DNA from: Chloroflexota bacterium
GTDB lineage: Bacteria > Chloroflexota > Dehalococcoidia > SM23-28-2 > RBG-16-64-32
Direction: 5' to 3'
Length of the DNA: 47,168 nt
Assembly: GCA_005880075.1 (NCBI GenBank)
Contig: VBJT01000040.1
Span: forward strand, 1-47,168
The stretch's first letter is position 1, and the number at the start of each line of letters is the position of its first letter. The translations under genes were made by a program, and so were the position numbers. The notes below the pieces were generated by a model. The model worked only from the letters and a program-made list of their open reading frames with translations, had not been told where the DNA came from and did no database searches. Positions 1 through 7,519 of this stretch are shown piece after piece.

Positions 1-2
1 AG

Positions 3-167
3 GTTGAGTTCAACCTGGAAGAGGTGCCGGGCGGCACGAAGCTAACCGTGACCGAGTCTGGCTTCGACAACATCCCGCTCGCCCGCCGCGCCGAGGCATT
101 CCGCATGAACAGCGAGGGTTGGGCGCAGCAGCTCCGCAACATCGAGGCGCATGTCGCGGGGGCGTGA
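3..167 (+). CDS. SRPBCC/AHSA1-like family protein, C-terminal fragment (5' end outside window)
   Basis: Frame 3 reads VEFNLEEVPGGTKLTVTESGFDNIPLARRAEAFRMNSEGWAQQLRNIEAHVAGA, then TGA at 165-167. This C-terminal pattern matches what I associate with AHSA1/SRPBCC proteins, which are often paired with ArsR regulators. The stop overlaps the next gene's start. Confidence 0.5.
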   Translation, partial: VEFNLEEVPGGTKLTVTESGFDNIPLARRAEAFRMNSEGWAQQLRNIEAHVAGA

Positions 168-501
168 TAAGGGGCGCGCGAAAGAGCCTCTGGCGAATAC
201 AGCGCCCATCTTCGCAGCGCTGGGCGATGAAACCCGGCTGGGTCTTGTCACCAGGCTCGCTAACGGAGATACTCTCTCGATCGCGCAGCTGACGGAGAGT
301 ACATTCGTGACGCGGCAGGCGGTCACGCGGCACCTGGAGGTCCTGGAGGAGGCAGGCCTCGTACGTGGGACGCGACGAGGGCGCCAGCACCTCTGGCGGT
401 TCGAGCCGGCGCGACTGGCTCTAGCGCAACGGAGCCTCGAGCAGATCTCGGGTTGGTGGGACGAAAAGCTGGCGGCACTCAAGCAATCGGCGGAAAAATA
501 G
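151..501 (+). CDS. ArsR/SmtB-family winged-helix transcriptional regulator
   Basis: 116 aa. The core FAALGDETRLGLVTRLANGDTLSIAQLTE..TRQAVTRHLEVLEEAGLV is the ArsR-type HTH signature. Confidence 0.85.
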   Translation: MSRGRDKGRAKEPLANTAPIFAALGDETRLGLVTRLANGDTLSIAQLTESTFVTRQAVTRHLEVLEEAGLVRGTRRGRQHLWRFEPARLALAQRSLEQISGWWDEKLAALKQSAEK

Positions 502-505
502 GCAC

Positions 506-907
506 ATGCCGGCGGCTACGTCGTCCGAAGACCCCATCGAACGCCTCCGCCGTTTCTGCCTCGCCCTCCCCGACGTCACCGAGCGCCTCTCCCACGGCGA
601 ACCGACTTGGTTCGTGCAGGGCAAGAAGACATTCGTGACGACGTCCGACCATCACCACGACGACCGCGTCGCGATGTGGTGCGCCGCGCCGCCGGGCGCG
701 CAAGAGGCGCTCGTCGGAGCGGACCCGAAGCGCTTCTTCCGGCCGAAGTACGTCGGCCACCGCGGCTGGCTCGGCGTCTACCTCGATGTGTCGCAAGACT
801 GGGAGCAGATCGCCGACCTCATCCGAGATGCCTATCGGGAGGTGGCGCCCAGGCGGCTTGTGGCGATGCTGGACGCCCAAGCTGACGCCCCTTCCCGCTC
901 GTCCTGA
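506..907 (+). CDS. MmcQ/YjbR-family protein
   Basis: 133 aa. [23 protein letters not shown] and [11 protein letters not shown] fit the MmcQ/YjbR family pattern. The last codons and the stop lie inside REP copy 1. Confidence 0.7.
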   Translation: MPAATSSEDPIERLRRFCLALPDVTERLSHGEPTWFVQGKKTFVTTSDHHHDDRVAMWCAAPPGAQEALVGADPKRFFRPKYVGHRGWLGVYLDVSQDWEQIADLIRDAYREVAPRRLVAMLDAQADAPSRSS

Positions 908-927
908 GGCTCTCGAAGGATGAGCGG
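895..927 (+). repeat. REP-like palindromic element, copy 1
   Basis: ccgctcgtcc-tgaggctctcgaa-ggatgagcgg. The 10-11 bp arms pair with one G-U position. Near-identical copies occur at 10202-10234 and, in reverse orientation, at 20677-20706. Confidence 0.8.
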
Positions 928-1014
928 GGCACCACGCTACCACTCCATTCGCTTATTCGGCTCGCGATTCGCTGCCGACATTGTGATAGAATTCCCAAGC
1001 GGGGAGCCCCACGC

Positions 1015-1671
1015 ATGACCGACCAGCCGCTGATCAAGGTCACCGACACCGCCGCTGATTCCCTCGAAGAGTCGCTCAAGCAGAATATCATGCTCTCGAC
1101 CGTTGAGGGGATCGTGAGCTGGGCGCGGCGCTCCTCGCTCTGGCCGGTCGCCTTCGGCCTCGCCTGCTGCGCGATCGAGATGATCGCCACCGCTATGCCG
1201 CGATACGACATCGCGCGTTTCGGCGCCGAGCTCTTCCGGCCGTCGCCGCGCCAGTCCGACCTGATGATTGTCGCCGGCACAGTCACCTGGAAGATGGCCG
1301 CTCCGGTGAGGCGGATCTACCTCCAGATGGCTGAGCCGCGCTGGGTGATCTCGATGGGTTCGTGCGCCACCATCGGCGGCCCATTTGCCTATGGCTACAG
1401 CACCCTCCCCGGCGTAAACCTGATCATCCCCGTCGACGTCTACGTCCCCGGCTGCCCGCCCCGGCCGGAGTCGCTCCTCCAGGGGCTGATGCTCCTTCAG
1501 GAGAAGATCAAGCGGACGGCGCACACCGGCGACCGCGACCGCAAGTATCCGACCGGCGACTTCTCGCGCTACCTCCCGGAGAACGACCCCGTCCGCAAGG
1601 ATCTCGAGTCGCTCTTCCCGCCGTACATCGACGCTCCTGACCCCGCAATCTCCCGCATCCGCGCGACCTAG
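1015..1671 (+). CDS. nuoB: NADH-quinone oxidoreductase subunit B (20 kDa/PSST family)
   Basis: [18 protein letters not shown] and [13 protein letters not shown] supply the four Cys ligands of cluster N2. A roughly 50-aa non-conserved C-terminal tail follows. No other nuo gene is adjacent. Confidence 0.9.
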   Translation: MTDQPLIKVTDTAADSLEESLKQNIMLSTVEGIVSWARRSSLWPVAFGLACCAIEMIATAMPRYDIARFGAELFRPSPRQSDLMIVAGTVTWKMAAPVRRIYLQMAEPRWVISMGSCATIGGPFAYGYSTLPGVNLIIPVDVYVPGCPPRPESLLQGLMLLQEKIKRTAHTGDRDRKYPTGDFSRYLPENDPVRKDLESLFPPYIDAPDPAISRIRAT

Positions 1672-1733
1672 GCACCTACCTCACCCGGCGGACCCTTACT
1701 GCCGCCGCAGCACGTTGGTACGATAGAGCCGCC

Positions 1734-3080
1734 ATGGAGCCGCGAATCCAGTACGCAAGGACCAAAGATGGCGTAAACATCGCCTATGGGGTGTTCGGCG
1801 AAGGACTGCCGCTCATTTACACGCCCAGCGCCCACGGTATCGGGGTGCATTACTACACTTACTTGTCGTACTCCCGCCGGAGCGTCGACCAGCTGACAGC
1901 CGCAGGCTTTCAGGTCGTCCGTTACGACGGGCGCGGCACCGGGTCATCTGACCGCATGCCAACGGAATTCTCACTAGAGACGGATGTACTTGACCTCGCG
2001 GCTGTCGCCGACCGCCTCGGGTTCGAGCGATTCACACTCGTCGGCCACTTTGCCGGAGCGCAGGCCGCGATCGCGTACGCGACCCGCCGGCCTGAGCGCG
2101 TGAGTCATCTGGTACTGAGAGACCCGTGGGCGTCGGGCTCCGAAATGTATCAAATGTTCCCCGGCAACCGGGTACTCTTTGCGATGCGGCCGTTTGCCGA
2201 ACAACAGTGGGACCTCGTCTCCATCACCATCGCGGCTGTTGGTTTCGGGTTGGCTGACAGTGACATCTCGAAAGAGTACGCCTCCGCTATCCGGTCGGGG
2301 ATCACTCCGGCTACCTGGGTGGCGCATTCGGAGGCAAGCGACGAGATCGACATTACCGACCTCCTTGAGAACCTGAGCGTGCCGACTCTCGTCGTCCTGG
2401 ACACCGCGCTTCCGGGAAGGCCACCGAATGCGATTGGAGAATGGGGCGCTCCCGTGAAGAAGATCGTCGCCGCGATCCCCGATGCACGCCTCGTAACCAC
2501 CGGCGACCTGGGGGTTGCTGTAAGCGAGTTCGTGCGCGCCGGCTCCCAGGCACCGGCCGCCGCCGCCAGGTCGCCGGGCGGCCTCCAAACGATCCTCTTC
2601 ACTGACGTCGAGGGCTCGACTGCCTTTACCGACCGCATGGGCGATGCGGCTGCGCGCGAGGTCCTGCGCAAGCACGAGCGGATCACGCGCGAAGCGCTGA
2701 AGACGCACGGGGGAAGCGAGGTCAAGACGATGGGGGACGGGTTCATGGCCTCGTTCGGCTCCGCGACACGGGCGCTCGAGTGCGCGGTCGCTGTCCAGCG
2801 CGCCTTTGCGGACGGCGATATTCGCGTGCGTATCGGCCTCAACGCCGGCGAGCCGATTGCCGAAGACGATCCGGGCGGACGCGGCGATCTATTCGGCACC
2901 GCTGTCATCGTCGCCGCCCGCATTGCGGCGCAGGCGCACGGTGGTGAAATCCTCGTCTCGGACGTCGTGCGACAGCTCGTGGCCGGCAAGGGCTTTCTCT
3001 TCAGCGACCGCGGTGACCATGCGCTGAAGGGCTTCGAAGATCCGGTGCGTGTGTGGGAGGTGCGCTGGCGGGAGGAATGA
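1734..3080 (+). CDS. alpha/beta-hydrolase-fold domain fused to a class III adenylate/guanylate cyclase catalytic domain
   Basis: The C-terminal half (ILFTDVEGSTAFTDRMGD...KTMGDGFMASF...RIGLNAGEP...GTAVIVAARI) is a class III cyclase domain. The N-terminal half has an alpha/beta-hydrolase layout, but its nucleophile elbow reads GHFAG (Phe where Ser is expected). Confidence 0.85.
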   Translation: MEPRIQYARTKDGVNIAYGVFGEGLPLIYTPSAHGIGVHYYTYLSYSRRSVDQLTAAGFQVVRYDGRGTGSSDRMPTEFSLETDVLDLAAVADRLGFERFTLVGHFAGAQAAIAYATRRPERVSHLVLRDPWASGSEMYQMFPGNRVLFAMRPFAEQQWDLVSITIAAVGFGLADSDISKEYASAIRSGITPATWVAHSEASDEIDITDLLENLSVPTLVVLDTALPGRPPNAIGEWGAPVKKIVAAIPDARLVTTGDLGVAVSEFVRAGSQAPAAAARSPGGLQTILFTDVEGSTAFTDRMGDAAAREVLRKHERITREALKTHGGSEVKTMGDGFMASFGSATRALECAVAVQRAFADGDIRVRIGLNAGEPIAEDDPGGRGDLFGTAVIVAARIAAQAHGGEILVSDVVRQLVAGKGFLFSDRGDHALKGFEDPVRVWEVRWREE

Positions 3081-3583
3081 TGCGTGCCCTCGGAGCCAAG
3101 CACCAGCCACTTCTCAAAGACTTCACGACAGCCTCCGATCACGTCCGCATCCTCCTCCTGACTTCGCCTACCTGAGAGATGTGCTTGGCGGGCGCCTCCG
3201 GTGCGGGGGCGGAACTCCTGGCGGCCGTGCGGCCGACCTAGGTGCGTACTACGTCTGGGTACCTATGCTGCCTTCGGACGACAGGAACGCAGCCCTCGCC
3301 GCTGCCCGCCGATTCAGCGAGCCGCGCGCGGCGCACTACTGGGACTCCGGGCGCCATCTTTCGAAACGAGATGGCGACGACACTTGGCATCGACACGAGG
3401 CGCAGCGCTGTCTCCGGCGACGAGTCGCCGTTCGCCTGGGACGTCTACCTCGCTTATAGGCGCGGCAATAACGGTATCGCGCAGCCGGACTTCTGGATGC
3501 ACCAGCTCGCTGTGGAACTCGCGCCTCGCTTCAGCACAACCAAATGGCGGTCCCAGATCGAGCGCTTTGTCCAATGCGGGTAA
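3077..3583 (+). pseudogene. thioredoxin-fold-like gene read across three frames, with in-frame TGA at the CxxC position
   Basis: Frame 2 from ATG 3077 (ATGA overlap with the cyclase stop) reads MMRALGAKHQPLLKDFTTASDHVRILLLTSPT-TGA(3173-3175)-EMCLAGASGAGAELLAAVRPT, then TAG at 3239. Frame 1 continues DLGAYYVWVPMLPSDDRNAALAAARRFSEPRAAHYWDSGRHLS to about 3360. Frame 2 resumes with EMATTLGID..FAWDVYLAYRRG..PDFWMHQLAVELAPRF..IERFVQCG, ending TAA 3581-3583. Confidence 0.4.
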
Positions 3584-3638
3584 TACTAGTGGCGAAAGAC
3601 TCGTATTCGAACACGTAAAAAATGCAAAAACGAGCTGC

Positions 3639-3998
3639 CTACAGAATACGAAACCGCTCCGGCGGCCAATACACCACCCATGCTCGTGCGACGATGTCCT
3701 CGCGTCCGAAGGGCCCGAGCGCGCGGCTGTCCGTGCTATCTTCTGCATTATCGCCGAGGAGCCAGAATTCGTACGGCGATAGCCCCTCCCGCTCGGCCAC
3801 ACGCTTGATCAAGCGCACGCCCGGCCGCGCCGGATACCGCGCGAGAACGATGTCACCCAGGCGCGGCGCGTCAAGGCGATACGCGAGGCGGTCGAACAGC
3901 ACCCGCTCGCCCGGCGAAAGCGCCGGGAGCATACTGCGGCCGACGATGCGCATCCTGCGTGCTGTCACAAATGCGGCCAACTGATAGACAACCCGCAT
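3639..3998 (-). CDS. sodX: nickel-type superoxide dismutase maturation protease (S26 signal-peptidase-like)
   Basis: VGRSMLPALSPGERVL...GDIVLARYP...RLIKRV...WLLGDNAEDSTDSR is an S26 peptidase core with a Ser in the SM motif. The gene is divergent from, and adjacent to, sodN. Start chosen at ATG 3998; ATG 3953 is an alternative. Confidence 0.75.
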   Translation of the reverse strand: MRVVYQLAAFVTARRMRIVGRSMLPALSPGERVLFDRLAYRLDAPRLGDIVLARYPARPGVRLIKRVAEREGLSPYEFWLLGDNAEDSTDSRALGPFGREDIVARAWVVYWPPERFRIL

Positions 3999-4097
3999 GT
4001 GGAGCAGACGCCGGACCAGGGGCGGGGTCTTTCGGTTCATGTGCGGAACGTTGTAGATTTTAGCGCGGACTCTCATACACAGAAGGAGGATTACCCC

Positions 4098-4604
4098 GTG
4101 CTGCTCCGCAATGCTTTCGCCCTGCTCAACCGTCTGCTGCCGGCCGAAGTTGGCCGCGCCCACTGCGACATCCCCTGCGGCATCTACGACCCCCACCTCT
4201 TGCAGCTTGCGGCACTCAGCTGCGTTCGCATGAACCAGCTTATCAATGATCTCGCTCCACCTGCCTCGATGGAGAAGGCCGACCGCGATAAGTACATGCA
4301 CGCCCTCGTGCGCTACACGCAGGTTAAAGAGGAGCACGCCGAGATCGTCAAGCGAGAGGCACGCATCATCCGCGGCGACTTCTTCAAGCCCGACAACAGC
4401 CCGCCGAACCTCGGCGAGCTAACAGACGGCATCATGAAGACCGCTTCGAAGGCCCGCCAGAACGTCGACATCGATGCCGCGAACGAGCTACTGAACCTAA
4501 CACAGCAGTTCGCCGAGGCGTTCTGGAAGGCGAAAGGTGTCGAAACGAAGCGGCAGCCCTCAAACCAGGCCGCGGGCGGCGAGTACGTGGTACCCGCGAA
4601 CTAG
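4098..4604 (+). CDS. sodN: nickel superoxide dismutase precursor
   Basis: The Ni-hook HCDIPCGIYDP follows a 21-aa leader (VLLRNAFALLNRLLPAEVGRA). GTG start at 4098 is preceded by aaggagga at 4083-4090. I discard the longer ORF-track start at 3999. Confidence 0.9.
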   Translation: MLLRNAFALLNRLLPAEVGRAHCDIPCGIYDPHLLQLAALSCVRMNQLINDLAPPASMEKADRDKYMHALVRYTQVKEEHAEIVKREARIIRGDFFKPDNSPPNLGELTDGIMKTASKARQNVDIDAANELLNLTQQFAEAFWKAKGVETKRQPSNQAAGGEYVVPAN

Positions 4605-4686
4605 GCCGCCGAAATCGAGAGACTATTGGACCGCGCAAGGCGGCGCGTCTCCCGGCACGCTTCAACAAGGCGCGAAATGAATTAAG

Positions 4687-6882
4687 TTGAGTCGCTCTTC
4701 TCTCATCTTTGAGCGCTGGCCGCGCTTTGCCCACCGCCATGCCCGGCTGGTCCTGGCCGGCGCGGTCGCCGTTCTCGTCCCTCTGGCCGTACTGTGGTCG
4801 CTCGCGGCCGGCGAATATGGCTCCTCGTTCAGCGTCCCCGGCTCCGAGGCGCAGCAGCTCTTTGATGCGCTGCGCAATCGCTTTCCGTCGAACGCCGGGG
4901 ACCAGGTAACGGTGGTCGTGAAGCCGGCCGCCGGTTTGAATGACGCGGGCACGAAGGCGCAAGTCGAGACACTGCGCAAAGACCTGACGGCGCTGCCGGA
5001 AGTTGTCAGCGTCTCGTCACCATTCGAGAGCCCGGGTGCGATCTCGCAAGACCGTAGGATCGGCCGCATTATCGTCCAGTACGACAAACAGGCCTCGCAG
5101 GTCGACAAATCCGCCGCGACGGCTTTGATTGACCTCATGAAGAGAGAATCGGTGCCGGGCTTCCAGGTCGACGCCGAAGGCGCCGTCGTCCGTCTAGCCG
5201 AACGCGAGCCGCCGGGCAGCTCCGAGCTCATCGGCATCTCCGCCGCCATCATCATCCTTCTACTCGCCTTCGGCTCAATCGTGGCGATGGGGCTGCCCAT
5301 TGTGACGGCGTTGATTGGGCTCAGTTCGGGCTTCTTCCTGATCGGCTTAGCCTCCCGGTTCATCAACATGCCGTCGTTCGCGCCGCAGTTCATCGCGATG
5401 ATTGGCATTGGGGTCGGCATCGACTACGCCTTGCTTGTTGTGAGCCGTTACCGCGAAGAGGCGAGCCGGGGCTCTTCCCGCGAAGACGCGACCGTTAGGG
5501 CGATCAGCACCGCCGGGCGCTCGGTGTTCCTCGCCGGTGGCACTGTTGTCATCGCGCTGCTCGGCCTGTGGGCGTCCGGCATCGCGGCGATCGGCTGGCT
5601 GGGGACGGCCGGCGCTGTTGTCGTCGGAATTATGGTCGCCGTTGCGGTCTTGGTACTGCCGGCGTTGCTTCGGTTCGTCGGGCCGTACCTGGACCGCTGG
5701 CGAATGCCGGGCGTAGGCGCCCCTTCAGCGGACAGCACCTCGGGCATAGCGTATCGGTGGAGCCGGCTCGTCCAGCGTTACCCGCTGGTCTGCCTGATCG
5801 TATCGCTCGGAATTCTTCTTCTGCTCGCCGCCCCGGTGCTCGATCTACAGCTCGGTACGTCGGACTCCGGCAACAATCCCACGACTTTCACCTCTCGCCG
5901 CGCCTATGACCTGATAACAGAGGGTTTCGGGCCGGGCGCGAACGGCCCCGTGCTTGTCGGGCTGATCATCGACAACCCTGACGCTGTCCCCAGGGTTCAG
6001 GAATTGCCCAGCTCGCTCATCGGCTTTGCCGATGTTCAGCAGGCCTCTCCGCCCCGCTTCAACGACGACGAAAGCGCAGCGCTGATCACCGTGCTGCCGA
6101 AATCCTCGCCGCAGGACCAGGCGACCGCTGATCTGATCCATAACCTGCGCGACGACCTGCGCGCAAAGTTCCGGGGCAGCGGCGCCACGCCGCTTGTGGG
6201 CGGCTCGACGGCGCTGTTCATCGATGTCGGCGGCCAGCAGTCGGCGCGCCTTCCCTGGTTCCTCGCCGGCGTCCTGGCGCTTAGCTTCCTGCTGCTGATG
6301 GCGGTGTTCCGATCGCTGCTCGTCCCCGTCAAGGCTGTGTTCATGAACCTCCTCTCCATCGCTGGTTCGTTCGGAGTGCTCGTGGCGGTCTTCCAATGGG
6401 GCTGGTTGGCTGCGCTCATCGGGGTTGATAAGAAGGGCCCGGTTGAGGCTTTCCTGCCGATGCTGCTGTTCGCGGTGTTATTCGGGCTTTCGATGGACTA
6501 CGAGGTGTTTCTCGTTAGCCGCATCCGCGAGGAGTACCTGGACTCCGGCGATAACTCCGAGGCAGTGGCGCGAGGCCTCTCGGTAACCAGCCGCGTGATT
6601 ACTGCGGCGGCGGCGATCATGGTCGCCGTTTTCGGCGCCTTCGCGCTGAGTGATCAGCGAGTCGTAAAGGAGTTCGGCGTAGGCCTCGCCTGTGCCATCC
6701 TCATCGACGCAACGGTAGTGCGGCTGGTGCTGGTTCCTTCCCTGATGCAACTGGCAGGCCGCTGGAACTGGTGGATGCCTGGCCGGCTGGATAGGCTCGT
6801 ACCCCGCATCGGCGCCGAGCCGGCAGGTAGCGCGCGGTCCTCGCCCCCTGGGCGACCCGAAGCGAAGCCAGAGGCGCCCTAA
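4687..6882 (+). CDS. MMPL-family (RND superfamily) membrane transporter
   Basis: 731 aa with two repeated halves, each a hydrophilic loop followed by a hydrophobic bundle. GIDYALLVVSRYREE and GLSMDYEVFLVSRIREE are the duplicated MMPL signature. Confidence 0.85.
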   Translation: MSRSSLIFERWPRFAHRHARLVLAGAVAVLVPLAVLWSLAAGEYGSSFSVPGSEAQQLFDALRNRFPSNAGDQVTVVVKPAAGLNDAGTKAQVETLRKDLTALPEVVSVSSPFESPGAISQDRRIGRIIVQYDKQASQVDKSAATALIDLMKRESVPGFQVDAEGAVVRLAEREPPGSSELIGISAAIIILLLAFGSIVAMGLPIVTALIGLSSGFFLIGLASRFINMPSFAPQFIAMIGIGVGIDYALLVVSRYREEASRGSSREDATVRAISTAGRSVFLAGGTVVIALLGLWASGIAAIGWLGTAGAVVVGIMVAVAVLVLPALLRFVGPYLDRWRMPGVGAPSADSTSGIAYRWSRLVQRYPLVCLIVSLGILLLLAAPVLDLQLGTSDSGNNPTTFTSRRAYDLITEGFGPGANGPVLVGLIIDNPDAVPRVQELPSSLIGFADVQQASPPRFNDDESAALITVLPKSSPQDQATADLIHNLRDDLRAKFRGSGATPLVGGSTALFIDVGGQQSARLPWFLAGVLALSFLLLMAVFRSLLVPVKAVFMNLLSIAGSFGVLVAVFQWGWLAALIGVDKKGPVEAFLPMLLFAVLFGLSMDYEVFLVSRIREEYLDSGDNSEAVARGLSVTSRVITAAAAIMVAVFGAFALSDQRVVKEFGVGLACAILIDATVVRLVLVPSLMQLAGRWNWWMPGRLDRLVPRIGAEPAGSARSSPPGRPEAKPEAP

Positions 6883-7015
6883 CCGCTCGTGTCCGTTTGC
6901 AGCTTTGCAGCTCTGCCCGTTGTTCTGAGGGCACTGCGTGTGACGCTTCCCGCCTCGTGATTTCTTTCACCAATGAGATAACTGACGTAGTATAAGGGCG
7001 GACGGAGGGACGCCA

Positions 7016-7516
7016 TTGTTCGGACGCGGCATCGCCAAGGGACTCATGGTCACGCTGCGCTACCTGGTGCGGCGTCCTTTCACTACACAGTATCCCGAAG
7101 AAATCCGCCCGATCCCGGTCGACGCCCGCACGAACCTGCTCTGGTTCGAGGAGCGCTGCACCGGTTGCTCCACCTGCGCGCAGGCCTGTCCCGACGGCTG
7201 CATCCTCGTTCAGACATCGCCCCGCGAGGACGGTTCGCTCAGCATCGACCGCTACGAGATTGACTTCCGCCTCTGCATGTACTGTGCGCTCTGCGTTGAG
7301 GCCTGCCCCTACGAGGCGATCCAGGCGGGCGGCCCGCTGGACGACGCGGCGTACGACTTCACTGACCTGTATCGGGACAAGCACGCTCTCACGAGAATGG
7401 CCCAGGAGCACCTGCGCACGCATGACCACACCTACCCGAACGGCAAGAAGGCGCCATATCCGGAGGAAATCCCGCTGCACATCGGCAAGCCTGTGGAGCG
7501 CGACCGCACCCGCTAG
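7016..7516 (+). CDS. nuoI: NADH-quinone oxidoreductase subunit I (2x[4Fe-4S] ferredoxin, TYKY family)
   Basis: The N-terminus GIAKGLMVTLRYLVRRPFTTQYPEE plus CTGCSTCAQACP and CMYCALCVEACP fit NuoI. Start is TTG. Confidence 0.85.
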   Translation: MFGRGIAKGLMVTLRYLVRRPFTTQYPEEIRPIPVDARTNLLWFEERCTGCSTCAQACPDGCILVQTSPREDGSLSIDRYEIDFRLCMYCALCVEACPYEAIQAGGPLDDAAYDFTDLYRDKHALTRMAQEHLRTHDHTYPNGKKAPYPEEIPLHIGKPVERDRTR

Positions 7517-7519
7517 GCC

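Noticed and set aside
2150-3142. Long antisense ORFs overlapping well-supported genes. Examples: 2150-3142 (-), 4662-5420 (-), 7781-8545 (-), 20697-21446 (-), 31416-32372 (-), 38853-39545 (-), 12642-13343 (-).
   Set aside because: Their translations are Arg/Ala/Pro/Ser-rich low-complexity text with no family motifs. They lie opposite genes with clear domain signatures. Such shadow ORFs are expected in GC-rich DNA.
3201-3802. ORFs 3201-3782 (+) and 3314-3802 (-) as possible real genes in the gap between the cyclase and sodX.
   Set aside because: Both are composition-driven (RPSG-rich). They conflict with the better-supported thioredoxin-like reading and with the sodX 3' end, and I see no RBS or motif.
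3999-4097. The ORF-track N-terminal extension of sodN (start 3999), and similar extensions at 10423, 14611, 16647, 17806, 26963, 28935 and 35751.
   Set aside because: Internal starts with good Shine-Dalgarno sites or canonical family N-termini fit better. The extensions overlap divergent genes or upstream stops.
6895-6910. The tandem ttgcagct x2 after the MMPL gene, as a regulatory repeat or REP fragment. The preceding ccgctcgtgtcc resembles the REP 5' arm.
   Set aside because: There are only two units and no matching 3' arm, so this is not distinguishable from chance.
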